From assembly GCA_963741205.1 (NCBI GenBank), contig CAVUHW010000008.1:160001-224000 (forward strand): a stretch of DNA of 64,000 bases, read 5' to 3'. A program made the translations under genes and the position numbers. Numbering within the stretch: the stretch's first letter is position 1; the number at the start of each line of letters is the position of its first letter. Below the pieces are notes generated by a model. The model did not search any database. It saw only the letters and a list, made by a program, of their open reading frames with translations, and was not told the DNA's origin. The DNA is from Nitrospirota bacterium (lineage in GTDB: Bacteria > Nitrospirota > UBA9217). Shown here in pieces: positions 53,008 to 63,425 of the stretch.

Positions 53008-53541
53008 ATGAGAATTACCGGCGGCACAGGCAGGGGAAGGCGCTTAAAGGTCCCAACGGGCCCGCGCGTCAGGCCCACCTCGGACAAGGTAAAGCAGGCC
53101 CTCTTCAACATCATCGGCGACCGCATCGAAGGCGCGACCTTTCTCGATCTTTTTGCGGGCGCGGGCGGCATCGGCATCGAAGCCTTGAGCCGCGGCGCAG
53201 GAAGGGTCGTGTTCGTTGATGACTCGCGCGAGTCGTTGAACGCCGCAAGGAGTAACGTCGAACAGGCCGGCTTCTCCGACCGGGCGCAGCTTGTACTCTC
53301 CACTGCGGAGTCGTTCCTCACAAAACCGTCGGGACCCTATGATATCGTGTTCCTCGATCCGCCGTATGCCATGGAACTGGCTCCCCTCCTCGGACTCATC
53401 GCCGGCTCCGGTACCCTGAAGCCCGGCGGTGTCGTCATCGCCGAGCACTTCAAGAAACAGCCTTCTCCTCCTAACGCAGGAACTCTTAAGCTCTACCGCG
53501 AAGCGAGGTACGGCGACACGATCCTGGCCTTTTATCGATGA
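53008..53541 (+). CDS. rsmD: 16S rRNA G966 methyltransferase
   Basis: RPTSDKVKQALFN, LDLFAGAG, EALSRGA, FLDPPY and YGDT motifs. Confidence 0.93.
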   Translation: MRITGGTGRGRRLKVPTGPRVRPTSDKVKQALFNIIGDRIEGATFLDLFAGAGGIGIEALSRGAGRVVFVDDSRESLNAARSNVEQAGFSDRAQLVLSTAESFLTKPSGPYDIVFLDPPYAMELAPLLGLIAGSGTLKPGGVVIAEHFKKQPSPPNAGTLKLYREARYGDTILAFYR

Positions 53542-53594
53542 GGAATGGCCAGAGCGTCCTCATCACGGATATGTTCAGCGACACTGCATCCCGC

Positions 53595-54137
53595 CTACTT
53601 CCCCCCGCCTGAAGAACCGCGGCCGCCAGCTCCCATGTCTTGTTGCTTTTCTACGTCAGGAAACAACCTGATATAAGCCCATACAGTGCCCTTTTGAAGC
53701 GAATAACTGACTTTGACCACATCGGGAAAACCGAACACTGTGGGCATATACAGGGGTCTTACTTCATAGCCGATGGTGCCGCCCGTGTCATCCAGAACTT
53801 TTCGTATCTCCGTCCGCCAGATTCTGTTTGTGCTGCACCTGACGAACCGGTCAGCCTCGCTGAGCGCCTCAGCAGCAGGGACGCCTTTCTTCACCGTATA
53901 GGAAGTGTCGAGATCGTGGATCTGGACCGGGTACCTGCTTCCCTCATCGACGAGGATGGCGACCTGCTGTATCTGGGCGGGATAATGGCATCCGTACAAC
54001 AGAAGGGTGTAGGTGCCTTTTACTTCAGCCGGGTCTGCCGCGCCCGTCGGGAGCTGTTTGCCCGCCATGCAGGCCTGCAGCATGGCCGCAAGGACCAGGA
54101 TGAAAGTCGTCCTCACTATACTGTTCATTGGTTTCAT
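53595..54137 (-). CDS. hypothetical lipoprotein
   Basis: Hydrophobic signal with lipobox LQAC; GYEVRPLY motif. Confidence 0.6.
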   Translation of the reverse strand: MKPMNSIVRTTFILVLAAMLQACMAGKQLPTGAADPAEVKGTYTLLLYGCHYPAQIQQVAILVDEGSRYPVQIHDLDTSYTVKKGVPAAEALSEADRFVRCSTNRIWRTEIRKVLDDTGGTIGYEVRPLYMPTVFGFPDVVKVSYSLQKGTVWAYIRLFPDVEKQQDMGAGGRGSSGGGK

Positions 54138-54415
54138 ACCGTTCTTACCCCCATCATTCTTCCGTAGCATACTTTATTATACCGCTGTTACACCGAACCC
54201 GACAAGGGCTCCGTTCAACATCTTGAAGCCTTCATTGCTGAAGACACGTTACGTCCGGGAACTGTTGACATTCATTCCTATTTCTGTATGATGGTATTCG
54301 CCCGATCGTATCGTGTTCCACCGGCCAGGCGGGGCCCGATCAACACGACCCCGCGACCGGCGAAGAGTCAGTAACCGTATGGTAAGAACGCTTAAGAGGA
54401 GGATCGGACGACACG

Positions 54416-54796
54416 ATGACGTCATGGTCGGATAAACGGATATTGGTGGCCGATGATTCGCAGACAATGCGGATGCTCCTCCTGTTTCACCTCTTCAAGA
54501 TGATGCCGGGTGTGAAGATCACGGAGGCCGTGAACGGCGCCGACGCCCTCGAATGGCTGAAGAAGCATGACGTTGATCTCATCCTCACCGATATGAACAT
54601 GCCGGTAATGGACGGCGCGGGGCTGATCGCCGCCGTGCGGCAGGAGCTCAAGCGGGATACTCCGATCATCATCATTACCACGCGGGGCGAGCAGCACGAC
54701 CGGGACCGCGGCATGCTCGGCGGCGCGAACGGCTATGTTACGAAGCCGATCGATGTCCTCCAGTTCAGGGAGATGATCCGAAAGTTCATTTCCTGA
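54416..54796 (+). CDS. single-domain response regulator (CheY-like)
   Basis: ILVADDS, LTDMNMPVMDG, IITT and YVTKP motifs. Confidence 0.9.
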   Translation: MTSWSDKRILVADDSQTMRMLLLFHLFKMMPGVKITEAVNGADALEWLKKHDVDLILTDMNMPVMDGAGLIAAVRQELKRDTPIIIITTRGEQHDRDRGMLGGANGYVTKPIDVLQFREMIRKFIS

Positions 54797-54899
54797 CCCT
54801 GGCAGGTTCGTGGGGAGGCGGCAGAATACCTCGACGTGTCTTCTCAATATTTTCTGAACCGGTCGTCCCAAGCCTGTCGAAGAATAATTTGAAAAAATT

Positions 54900-56006
54900 A
54901 TGCTTACCTCCATCATCTCCCAATTCGTCATTCCGGGAACTCTCGTCAAGGCCGGGCGCTTCGGCTCGGGCCTGATCAACGACACCTACCTCTGCGAGTT
55001 CGCCATAAACGGCACTGTGCGCAAATACATTCTCCAGTGCATCAATACGGCGGTGTTCAAGAAGCCCGAGCAGGTGATGGAGAACGTGGAGGTTGTAACG
55101 ACGCATATCGAGCGGAAGCTGCGCGCGGCGGGCGTCGCTGACCCCTTTGCCGTTACTCCCGCGCTCATCCCTACCCGTGAGGGTCGATGGTACATCCGCG
55201 ACGATTCTGGTTATTATTGGCGCATGTTCCATTTCATCGAATCCGGCATCGTATACGATACCGTTCAGGACGCGCATCACGCCCGGGAGGTCGGCCGCGG
55301 CCTCGGGAGATTTCAGTCGCTCGTTTCCGATCTTCGGCCCGAGCTGCTGCACGATACCCTCCCGGGATTCCATCATACGGTGACGTATCTTGAGGGGTAC
55401 GATCTGGCTCTCTCCGCTGATGTGGGGCACCGCAGCGCGGAGACCGGGAAGGAACGCACATTCGTGGAGGCGAGGCGCGAACTGGCGAACACCCTGACCG
55501 GACCTGTCAAGTCGCTCGAGATTCCCTTGCGCGTCGTGCACAACGATCCCAAGGTGAACAACGTCATGGTCCACAAAAAGACGGGCGAGGCGCTCTGCAT
55601 GCTCGACCTGGACACGGTCAAGCCCGGCATCGTACACTTCGATTTCGGCGACTGCGTGCGGTCGGCGGCCAATCCTGCGGGTGAAGACGCGAAGGACCTG
55701 AAGGACGTCAGGATCGACATGGCTCTCTTCGAAGCCATCACGGCCGGATACCTTCAGGAGGCGGCCTCGTTCCTCACCCAAAAGGAGCTCGATCTCCTGC
55801 CGGCGTCGGTCAAGGTCATTACCTTCGAGCTGGGCCTGCGGTTTCTCTCTGATTACCTCCGCGGCGATACGTACTTTAAGATCAAATATCCGACCCACAA
55901 CTTGCATCGCGCGAGGGTGCAGTTCAAACTGCTCGAAAGCATTGAGGAGGCCGCGGAGAGCATGCAACTCGTTGTCTCCCGGCAGACGCCCTTTCGCCCT
56001 GCCTGA
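54900..56006 (+). CDS. APH-family phosphotransferase (N-acetylhexosamine kinase-like)
   Basis: GSGLINDTY, YILQ, FHHT, HNDPKVNN, LDLDTV, DFGD and RFLSDYL motifs. Confidence 0.8.
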   Translation: MLTSIISQFVIPGTLVKAGRFGSGLINDTYLCEFAINGTVRKYILQCINTAVFKKPEQVMENVEVVTTHIERKLRAAGVADPFAVTPALIPTREGRWYIRDDSGYYWRMFHFIESGIVYDTVQDAHHAREVGRGLGRFQSLVSDLRPELLHDTLPGFHHTVTYLEGYDLALSADVGHRSAETGKERTFVEARRELANTLTGPVKSLEIPLRVVHNDPKVNNVMVHKKTGEALCMLDLDTVKPGIVHFDFGDCVRSAANPAGEDAKDLKDVRIDMALFEAITAGYLQEAASFLTQKELDLLPASVKVITFELGLRFLSDYLRGDTYFKIKYPTHNLHRARVQFKLLESIEEAAESMQLVVSRQTPFRPA

Positions 56007-56072
56007 TCCTGTCCCCGCACTTTCCGTGTTATACTTCCTCAAGGACGTCATTCCCGGCCAAGGAGGCAGTCT

Positions 56073-56369
56073 ATGAAAGCGTTTCGGTTCGCCGCAGCGG
56101 CAATCATGGTGATGTTTCTCGCTACGGGTTGTCTCTATACTCATGTGCTGATGCCCTATGACACGAACCTCGACAAGACGATGCTCGGTCAGAGGACGGG
56201 AAAGGCTTCGATGCATTCGGTGCTGTGGCTCGTAGCGTGGGGTGACGCGAGCTCGGCAGCGGCCGCGAAGCAGGGCGGCATCACCACCCTGAACCACATG
56301 GACCGGGAGTTCCTGAATATCGTGTTCGGCATTTATACCAAGACGACCACGATCGTATACGGTGACTAG
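56073..56369 (+). CDS. TRL-like family lipoprotein
   Basis: Lipobox ATGC; GKAS..SVLWLVAWGDAS..AAAKQGGI..D..TIVYG. Confidence 0.75.
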   Translation: MKAFRFAAAAIMVMFLATGCLYTHVLMPYDTNLDKTMLGQRTGKASMHSVLWLVAWGDASSAAAAKQGGITTLNHMDREFLNIVFGIYTKTTTIVYGD

Positions 56370-56380
56370 CGGAGGCGGAC

Positions 56381-56695
56381 ATGAAACGGATTGCATTCGT
56401 TCCAACGCTCTTCATCGCGGGTTTGCTGGTCTCCGGCTGCAGTGTGGGGATCCTTTATACCCATACGTGGCAGCCTCTTACGGAAGATGTGCACCGGACA
56501 CCCATTGCGCAGAGTAAAAGATCAGGAGATATAAAACATATCCAACTGCCGTATGTCGGCGTGGCGTGGGACAGCACTGCCTTCGGCGATATCGCTAAAA
56601 AGAACGGTATCAACGAGCTGTACTTCGCCGATCTGGAGACCTTGCGAGTGCTCACTATTTGGGGCCAGGACACGGTCCATCTGTACGGAAAGTAA
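56381..56695 (+). CDS. TRL-like family lipoprotein (second paralog)
   Basis: Lipobox VSGC; GILYT, AWDS..IAKKNGI..AD..VHLYG. Confidence 0.65.
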   Translation: MKRIAFVPTLFIAGLLVSGCSVGILYTHTWQPLTEDVHRTPIAQSKRSGDIKHIQLPYVGVAWDSTAFGDIAKKNGINELYFADLETLRVLTIWGQDTVHLYGK

Positions 56696-56948
56696 GAAAG
56701 GGACTGAAAACGGGACGGCATAGGGAAAGGGGATGGGAAACCAGGCCCTCTTTTTTTGCGAGCGCCGTCGGCAGCTTTTCGTCCGGCTTGCAAGCCTGCC
56801 GGCGTTACGATTCGACGATCTCGTAATCCGGGATGACGTCGCAATTGTTCTTGATCATGGCCCACATCGGGCAGACTGGCAGTATCGTTGAGAAGCACCC
56901 GCTTTTGGAAATCCATGGCAAAAAAATAATTTCATGCTATAATCCGCC

Positions 56949-58220
56949 ATGCGATTTATCACCGACCTCCACGTCCACTCCCACTATTCACGCGCGACGA
57001 GCAAGGACATGTGCCCCGAAGGCATCGGGAAGTGGGCGCAGCTCAAGGGCATCAGGGTCATCGGGACCGGGGACTTTACCCATCCGGGATGGCTCAAGGA
57101 GCTCCAGCATAAGCTCGAACCCCTGGGCAATGGACTCTTTGAGCTCAAGAAAGAATTCCGGAGCGCGGACGTGCCTGCCTCGTGCAGGGCCGACGTCTCG
57201 TTCATCCTCTCGGCGGAGATCAGCTGCATCTACAGCAAGAACGGTAGGACGCGGAAGGTCCACGCGATCGTCCTCGCACCGGACTTGGCGAGCGCGGCAA
57301 GGCTCAATCTTTCCCTCGCCAGGATCGGCAACCTCAATGCCGACGGCAGGCCGATCCTGGGGCTCGACGCCAAGGAACTCCTCCGGATGACCCTCGAAGC
57401 CTCGCCCGACAACCTGTTCATCCCGGCCCACGCCTGGACGCCTCATTTTTCCGTGTTCGGGGCGGCATCGGGTTTCGATTCCCTGGAGGAATGTTTCGAG
57501 GACCTGACGCCGCACATCTACGCCATTGAGACGGGCCTCTCATCGGACCCGCTCATGAACTGGAGGCTTTCGGCCCTGGACGGCATCACGCTCGTCTCTA
57601 ATTCCGACGCCCACTCCGCAGCAAAGCTCGGGCGCGAGGCGAATATCCTGGACACGGAGATCTCCTATCCAGCGATCAGGGACGCGATCAGGACCCGCAA
57701 GGGGTTTAGCGGGACCATCGAGTTCTTTCCCGAAGAGGGGAAGTACCACTACGACGGCCACCGGGACTGCGGCGTGAGCCTCGCGCCGAAAGAGACCGTT
57801 CATTATGACTATCTCTGCCCGGTCTGCGGCAGGAAAGTGACCGTGGGCGTGATGCACAGGGTCGAGAAGCTCGCGGACCGGGAGCACGGTTTTAAGCCTT
57901 CAAACGCGCCTTCGTATACGTCGATTATCCCCTTGCCGGAAATTATCGCCGAGGGCCTGAAGTGCGGGGCGAACACGAAGAAGGTTAACACCCTTTATTT
58001 TTCCTTGCTCGAAAAACTCGGGAACGAATTCTCCATTCTCATGGACGTTCCGCTCGACGATATCGAGCGCGCGGGAACGCCGCTCGTCCGCGAGGCGATC
58101 TCGCGCATGCGCGCGGGCAATGTGCATATCGCGCCGGGTTTCGACGGCGAGTTCGGCAAGATCAGGATCTTCGAGGAAGTGGAGAGGCGGGAGTTCAAGG
58201 GGCAGTTGAAGCTGTTGTGA
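56949..58220 (+). CDS. endonuclease Q family protein (PHP domain plus Zn ribbon)
   Basis: DLHVHSHYSRATS, GTGDFTHP, PAHAWTP, ETGLSSD, SNSDAHS, GKYH..C..CPVCG..GVMHRV and PGFDGEFG motifs. Confidence 0.9.
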   Translation: MRFITDLHVHSHYSRATSKDMCPEGIGKWAQLKGIRVIGTGDFTHPGWLKELQHKLEPLGNGLFELKKEFRSADVPASCRADVSFILSAEISCIYSKNGRTRKVHAIVLAPDLASAARLNLSLARIGNLNADGRPILGLDAKELLRMTLEASPDNLFIPAHAWTPHFSVFGAASGFDSLEECFEDLTPHIYAIETGLSSDPLMNWRLSALDGITLVSNSDAHSAAKLGREANILDTEISYPAIRDAIRTRKGFSGTIEFFPEEGKYHYDGHRDCGVSLAPKETVHYDYLCPVCGRKVTVGVMHRVEKLADREHGFKPSNAPSYTSIIPLPEIIAEGLKCGANTKKVNTLYFSLLEKLGNEFSILMDVPLDDIERAGTPLVREAISRMRAGNVHIAPGFDGEFGKIRIFEEVERREFKGQLKLL

Positions 58221-58229
58221 TATTTTCCC

Positions 58230-58326
58230 GTCATTCCCGAACGCTTCTATCGGGAATCCAGGTTTTCGAGGTTTTCGAGTAGAATCAAGATACACCATAT
58301 CCCCGATAAGACCATTCGGGGATGAC
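58230..58326. repeat. GTCATYCCCG palindromic repeat, copy 2
   Basis: GTCATTCCCGAACGCTTCTATCGGGAATCC ... ATCCCCGATAAGACCATTCGGGGATGAC. Confidence 0.8.
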
Positions 58327-58364
58327 AACTTAATGATACCTTTGCTTCGTCCGGAGACCGCGCA

Positions 58365-59970
58365 ATGTCATTAAGCATTCATCGTATTCTCGACGGCCTG
58401 AACGAATCCCAGAAGAAGGCGGTCACCACGACGGACGGCCACTTGCTCATCGTCGCCGGGCCGGGGACGGGAAAGACCCTGACCCTCGTCCGGAGGATCG
58501 CCTGGCTCATCCATCAGGGTGAGCGGCCGGAAGACATCCTCGCGGTCACCTTCACGAACCGGGCCGCGCGGGAGATGCGTGAGAGGACAGAGGCGCTGCT
58601 CGGGGATGTTGCCGGCCGGGTGTTTATCGGCACACTTCATCTCTTCGGCCTCAGGGTGATGCAGGAGGCGCTCGGAGCCGGTTTCACCGTGTACAGCAGG
58701 GAGGAGCAGATCGGGCTCCTCAAATCACTTCTCAATATCTCCGCGAAAAAAGCGCAGCACGCAGCTGAAAGGATCTCGAGGATAAAAAATTCCCTGGAGG
58801 ATGCTGACGAAGAAACGCAGGCAATCTCCAGGTCCTATCAGGCCGCCCTCAAGCAGCAGAATGCCGTTGACTTCGAAGACCTCATTCTCACGCCCATCGA
58901 GATCCTCAGAAACAATCCGTCGGCATTCAAGAGCACGTTCACCCATATCATGGTCGATGAATACCAGGACATCAATCCCGCCCAGTATACCTTACTCAAG
59001 CACCTCACTCAAAACGGGGCAAGACTCTGCGCAATCGGCGACTCGGACCAGGCAATCTACAGCTTCCGGGGCGCAGACACGGCCGCTTTTCTCCGTTTTG
59101 GCGTTGATTTCAAAAACGCCGCGACGGTCACGCTGACGGAGAATTACCGCTCAACAGGCGCGGTCCTGTCCGCCTCGAACAACGTGATCAGGAACAATCA
59201 CCTGAGAATCGAGAAGGCAATAACCTCCACGCGGGAGAGAGGCGGCCCGGTATGCGTCGTCTCCGTGCCTGACGAGAGGGCTGAGGGCGACTGGATCGTG
59301 CGGGAGATCGAGGCGAGGATCGGCGGCACGAGCCATCACCAGATGAGAAGGCGGCGCAACGAGGGACGTGCCAGCGGGACCGTTCAATTTCTCCGATTTC
59401 GCCGTGATCTTTCGGACGAACTCCCAGGCAAAGGCCGTAGAAGAGGCGTTCATCGATTCAGGCATTCCGTACCAGGTGATAGGCCGCAGGAGCAGCCTGC
59501 AGTCGAAAACCCTGGACGAGACCGTTACCTACCTCCGGTCGCTGGTCCATCCCGATGATGCAGCAACGAGCCTCGTAGATGGAAACGAACTGAAACTCCT
59601 CACGGCCTCCGATTACTTCGATCCCCGCGCGAACGCCGTTACGCTCACGACGATGCACACGGCAAAGGGACTGGAGTTCAGAGTTGTGTTCATCGCAGGA
59701 TGCGAAGACGGCCTCATCCCCTGCACCATCATGAAGGACGGCGTCGATATCGAGGAGGAGCGGCGGCTCTTCTATGTCGGCATGACGCGTGCGAAGGACG
59801 AGCTTTTTCTGCTCCATGCAAGGACGCGGTTCCTGTACGGGCAGAGGCTGGCCCCGTCTCCCTCGCCGTTTGTCGATGAAATTCCCGTTGAATTGATCGA
59901 GAGAAGGGTGATGCAGGACAAGGTAATAAAACAGAAAGAGCCCGACCGGCAGATGGGGTTGTTTTCATAA
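58365..59970 (+). CDS. short UvrD/PcrA-type SF1 helicase (indel near 59360)
   Basis: AGPGTGKT, VTFTNRAA, VDEYQD, IGDSDQAIYSFRGA, NYRS, TMHTAKGLEF and EERRLFYVGMTRA motifs; about 535 aa. Confidence 0.9.
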
Positions 59971-59983
59971 TCCCACCAAATCA

Positions 59984-60010
59984 TGTCATTCCCGAGTGTT
60001 AATCGGGAAT
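59984..60010. repeat. half copy of the GTCATYCCCG repeat
   Basis: TGTCATTCCCGAGTGTTAATCGGGAAT. Confidence 0.6.
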
Positions 60011-60057
60011 ATGGTTCTCTTTGACTCTTTTGTCATCTTTGCCTTTCCCTGCGCGAT

Positions 60058-61612
60058 GTGTTATTATACAAACCCGTGAGTCCTATACAACCTACGATCA
60101 TTCGTCGTTCCGAACACCACATCTCGCGCAAGTGGATCAGTCCTAATGCCCTCCGCGTTCTCTACCGCCTGAAGGAAAAGGGTTATTACGCCTACCTGGT
60201 GGGAGGCGGCGTGCGCGACCTCCTCTTGGGCCGCGAGCCCAAGGACTTCGACATCGCTACGGACGCGAGCCCCAACGAGGTCAAAAAGGCCTTCCGCAAC
60301 TGCCGGCTCATAGGACGGCGCTTCCGCCTCGCTCACGTTCATTTTCACGATGAGATCATCGAGGTGGCCACGTTCCGGTCCAATGTCGAGGAAGAGCCGG
60401 CAGCTGAAGCAGCCGCACCTGCCGGACAACCCGGCTCGCATCCGATGGCTGAATCCCCTGGGCCGGAATCCGCAGTATCCGTGGAGCCCGCGCCTTCGTC
60501 AGACTCGGTGCAGGCTTCGACCGAAGCCGAAGCGCCTCCCGCGGGAATCATTGCGGGAGAGACCCCGACTGCCGCAGTGAGACCCAGGCCTCCGCGCCTC
60601 CTCAAGACCGAGGACGGCATGATCCTCCGCGACAATCTCTTCGGTACGCCTGAAGAAGACTCCCTGCGCCGCGACTTCACCGTGAACGCGCTCTTCTACA
60701 ACATCGAGGACTATTCGGTCATCGACTATGTCGGCGGGATGGAGGACCTCAAAAACGGCCTCATCCGCATCATCGGCGATCCGGTTGTGCGGTTCACCGA
60801 GGACCCGGTGCGCATGGTGCGAGCCGTGCGGTTCGCTGCCATGCTCGGGTTCGAGATCGAGGAACAGACGTACCATGCGCTCCTGGAAGTGAAGGACAAG
60901 GTCGCCCTTGCGTCGCCGGCCAGGATGTACGAGGAGGTGCAGAAGCTCTTCCTCCTGGGCGAAGGGGAAAAAACGTACCAGCTGCTCAGGAAGACCGGCT
61001 TGTTCGGGGTGATCTTTCCGCGCCTGAACGAATGGGTGGATACGGAGAGCGACGGGTTTCCGCACATCTGGATCGGCAAGGCCCTCGAGTGGGTCGACAC
61101 CTGTATTCAGGCCGGCAGAAAAGTGGAACCGTATATTCTCTTCGCTCTTCTCTTCGGGCAGTTCATCGAGGAAAAGGCGGAGAAACTGACGAGGCCGCCG
61201 GCGTCCCCGCACTGGACGCCGTCACGAAAGCGGTGACGGAGACCCTGTCCGAACAGGCGCAGCGGGTGATGATCCCGAAAAAAGTCGGGCTTGCCGATGC
61301 GGGACATGTACTGGAACCAGCAGCGCTTCGAAAAACGGGAAGGGAAATACCCTCGTTATTTCCTGCGCAGGCCCGGCTTCGCCGACGCCTATCGAATACC
61401 TGCGGTTCACGAGCGAGACCACGGGCGAGCGGAAAGAGCTCCGCGCCTGGTGGAAGGAGTTCATCAAGGCCAATCCCGTCACCCACGGCGAAGACACCCT
61501 TGAAGTGAAAGGGCGGAAGGGTCTGGGCCGCAAGGAGAACGTGCGGCCTTCCCGCCGCAGGAGAAGAGGACGGAGGCGGGAAGGGCCGGATTCGCGAACA
61601 CCAAAGGCGTAA
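60058..61612 (+). CDS. pcnB: poly(A) polymerase (indels in the 3' part)
   Basis: VGGGVRD, KDFDIAT, PAP signature LIGRRFRLAHV, RRDFTVNAL and EDPVRMVRAVRF; Arg-rich C-terminal tail. Confidence 0.9.
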
Positions 61613-61647
61613 TAATCGATTTATTATTGCATTATCATCCAACCGAT

Positions 61648-61730
61648 TGTCATCCCCGAATGCCTCTATCGGGGATCCATTTTGACGTGAATAAAATGGA
61701 TTCCCGCTCAGAAGCGCTGCGGGAATGACA
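61648..61730. repeat. GTCATYCCCG palindromic repeat, copy 4
   Basis: Left arm near-identical to the 26911 copy; right arm GGATTCCCGC..GCGGGAATGACA. Confidence 0.85.
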
Positions 61731-61768
61731 TCTTATAATGTTGTTATTATTATTTTGAGACTTTTTTT

Positions 61769-62503
61769 ATGCCCCGACCCCCGCGCTTTTTCATATCTCC
61801 TGATCAGATTTCCGGCACCCACATTACTATCGTCGGCGAGGATGCGAAGCACATCGCTGCGGTACTGCGCATGAAGGCCGGCGACGAGCTCCTTCTCTGC
61901 GACGGGGAGGGGACCGACTATATGGTGAAAATCACCCATGTCGAACGGTCCGGGATCACGGCGGAGATCGCCGGGCAATCGAAACGGGAGGTCCACTTCC
62001 CGCGCATCAGCCTCGGCCAGGGCTTACCCAAATCCGACAAGATGGACTGGATCGTGCAGAAGGCCTCGGAACTCGGGGTCGAGTCCATCGCCCCTCTCGT
62101 TACGGAACGGGCCATCGTCAAAATCAAGGATGAAAAGAAGCGGATCGAGCGCTGGCAGAAGATTGCCAGGGAAGCGGCGATGCAGAGCAACAGGCCGGAC
62201 ATACCGAAGGTGCTACCGATCCGGCGCTTTGATGATTATCTCCGGACCTTGGGCCCTGCCCCCCGGACCCTGCTTCTCTTCCCCTGGGAAGAGGGAACGG
62301 AACCGATCAGGAATGTTCTCAGGCAGCATCCCGGCGTAAAGAACATCATCGTCCTCATCGGCCCAGAAGGCGGATTTTCGGCAGCGGAAGCGGAATCAGC
62401 CAGGAGCCGGGGGTTCCATCCCGTGAGTCTGGGGCCGAACATCCTCCGCACCGAGACCGCGGCAATAGCGGTCTTGAGTATGGTTGGGTATGAATTTAGT
62501 TGA
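61769..62503 (+). CDS. rsmE: 16S rRNA U1498 methyltransferase
   Basis: HIAAVLRM, QKASELG, EAAMQS, IGPEGGF and LGPNILRTETA motifs. Confidence 0.95.
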   Translation: MPRPPRFFISPDQISGTHITIVGEDAKHIAAVLRMKAGDELLLCDGEGTDYMVKITHVERSGITAEIAGQSKREVHFPRISLGQGLPKSDKMDWIVQKASELGVESIAPLVTERAIVKIKDEKKRIERWQKIAREAAMQSNRPDIPKVLPIRRFDDYLRTLGPAPRTLLLFPWEEGTEPIRNVLRQHPGVKNIIVLIGPEGGFSAAEAESARSRGFHPVSLGPNILRTETAAIAVLSMVGYEFS

Positions 62504-62536
62504 CATCCGGACCGGTGTCCTACATAATGTAGGACA
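62500..62536 (+). promoter_or_regulatory. TA promoter with a perfect palindromic operator
   Basis: TTGACA, 17 nt spacer, CATAAT; TGTCCTACAT-A-ATGTAGGACA (62516-62536) covers the -10 box. Confidence 0.8.
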
Positions 62537-62547
62537 GGAGGTACGTT

Positions 62548-62814
62548 ATGCCGTCCAGCACGCGACTAGATAAAGAAACCGAGGCCCTGTTAAAGAAGGC
62601 CGCCGAATACAAAGGGGTCACCAAGTCCGAAATGGTGCGCGAGTCCATCCGGGAGTATTGCGCGAAGATCGTGGAGCAAAAGCAGCGGACGCCGTGGGAA
62701 ATCTACCAGTCTCTGCAGCCGATAGAAGGCAGCGGTCACGGTAAAAGGGTTGAGAAGAGCAAAGAAATTCTAAAGAAAAAATTTGAGGACATGCGTAAAA
62801 AATGGTCATCGTAG
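62548..62814 (+). CDS. CopG/RHH antitoxin
   Basis: STRLDKETEALLKKAA..GVTKSEMVRESI; overlaps the PIN gene. Confidence 0.8.
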   Translation: MPSSTRLDKETEALLKKAAEYKGVTKSEMVRESIREYCAKIVEQKQRTPWEIYQSLQPIEGSGHGKRVEKSKEILKKKFEDMRKKWSS

Positions 62815-63206
62815 ATACCGGCCCGCTTGTCGCCCTCTTCGATAAGACAGAGGCGGCCCATGAACAATGCCAATCGGCGTTGAAGCAGATCAAAGCATTG
62901 CCCGTGACAACGTGGCCGGTGCTGACGGAAACCTTTTATCTTCTGGGAGACTGGGAGAAGGGACAAAAAAAACTTTGGGATTTCATTTTGTCAGGCGGTC
63001 TTCGTATCGACGATATCCCCGACGAGTGCTACCCCCGCATGCGGGAGCTGATGGAAAAATACGCGGACAAGCCGATGGATGTTGCGGACGCATCCTTAGT
63101 CGTGCTCTCGGAGATGCACAAGGCAAAGACCATATTCACGCTCGATCGCGGCGACTTTTCCGTGTACCGTCCGCAGCACACTCCGCATTTTCGGATAATT
63201 CCGTAA
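62802..63206 (+). CDS. vapC: PIN domain (VapC-type) toxin
   Basis: VIVDTGPLVAL, VLTE, PMDVADASLV and IFTLD..DF motifs. Confidence 0.88.
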   Translation: MVIVDTGPLVALFDKTEAAHEQCQSALKQIKALPVTTWPVLTETFYLLGDWEKGQKKLWDFILSGGLRIDDIPDECYPRMRELMEKYADKPMDVADASLVVLSEMHKAKTIFTLDRGDFSVYRPQHTPHFRIIP

Positions 63207-63425
63207 CACCTCGACTTTTTTATATTGTGCGGTACGCAGAAGGCCGAAGTATGTTGCTCAGGAGAGTAATATAGGGAAGAAGATCTTCACGATGGCAAAG
63301 AAAACAGCATGTGTCCGCGGAGACGCCCATCAATCTGTGGCTCAAAGAAAAACTATCCTCGGCTGGCGAAAGTACGGCGAGGCCTGCTGAGTTCCGGCAA
63401 TTGGGTAAGCGACGGAGGAAACGCG

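Noticed and set aside
54300-54370. ZMP/ZTP (pfl) riboswitch, suggested by the words GCGACCGGCGAA and CCACCGG
   Set aside because: The motif order and orientation do not match, and the downstream gene is unrelated to purine or folate metabolism.
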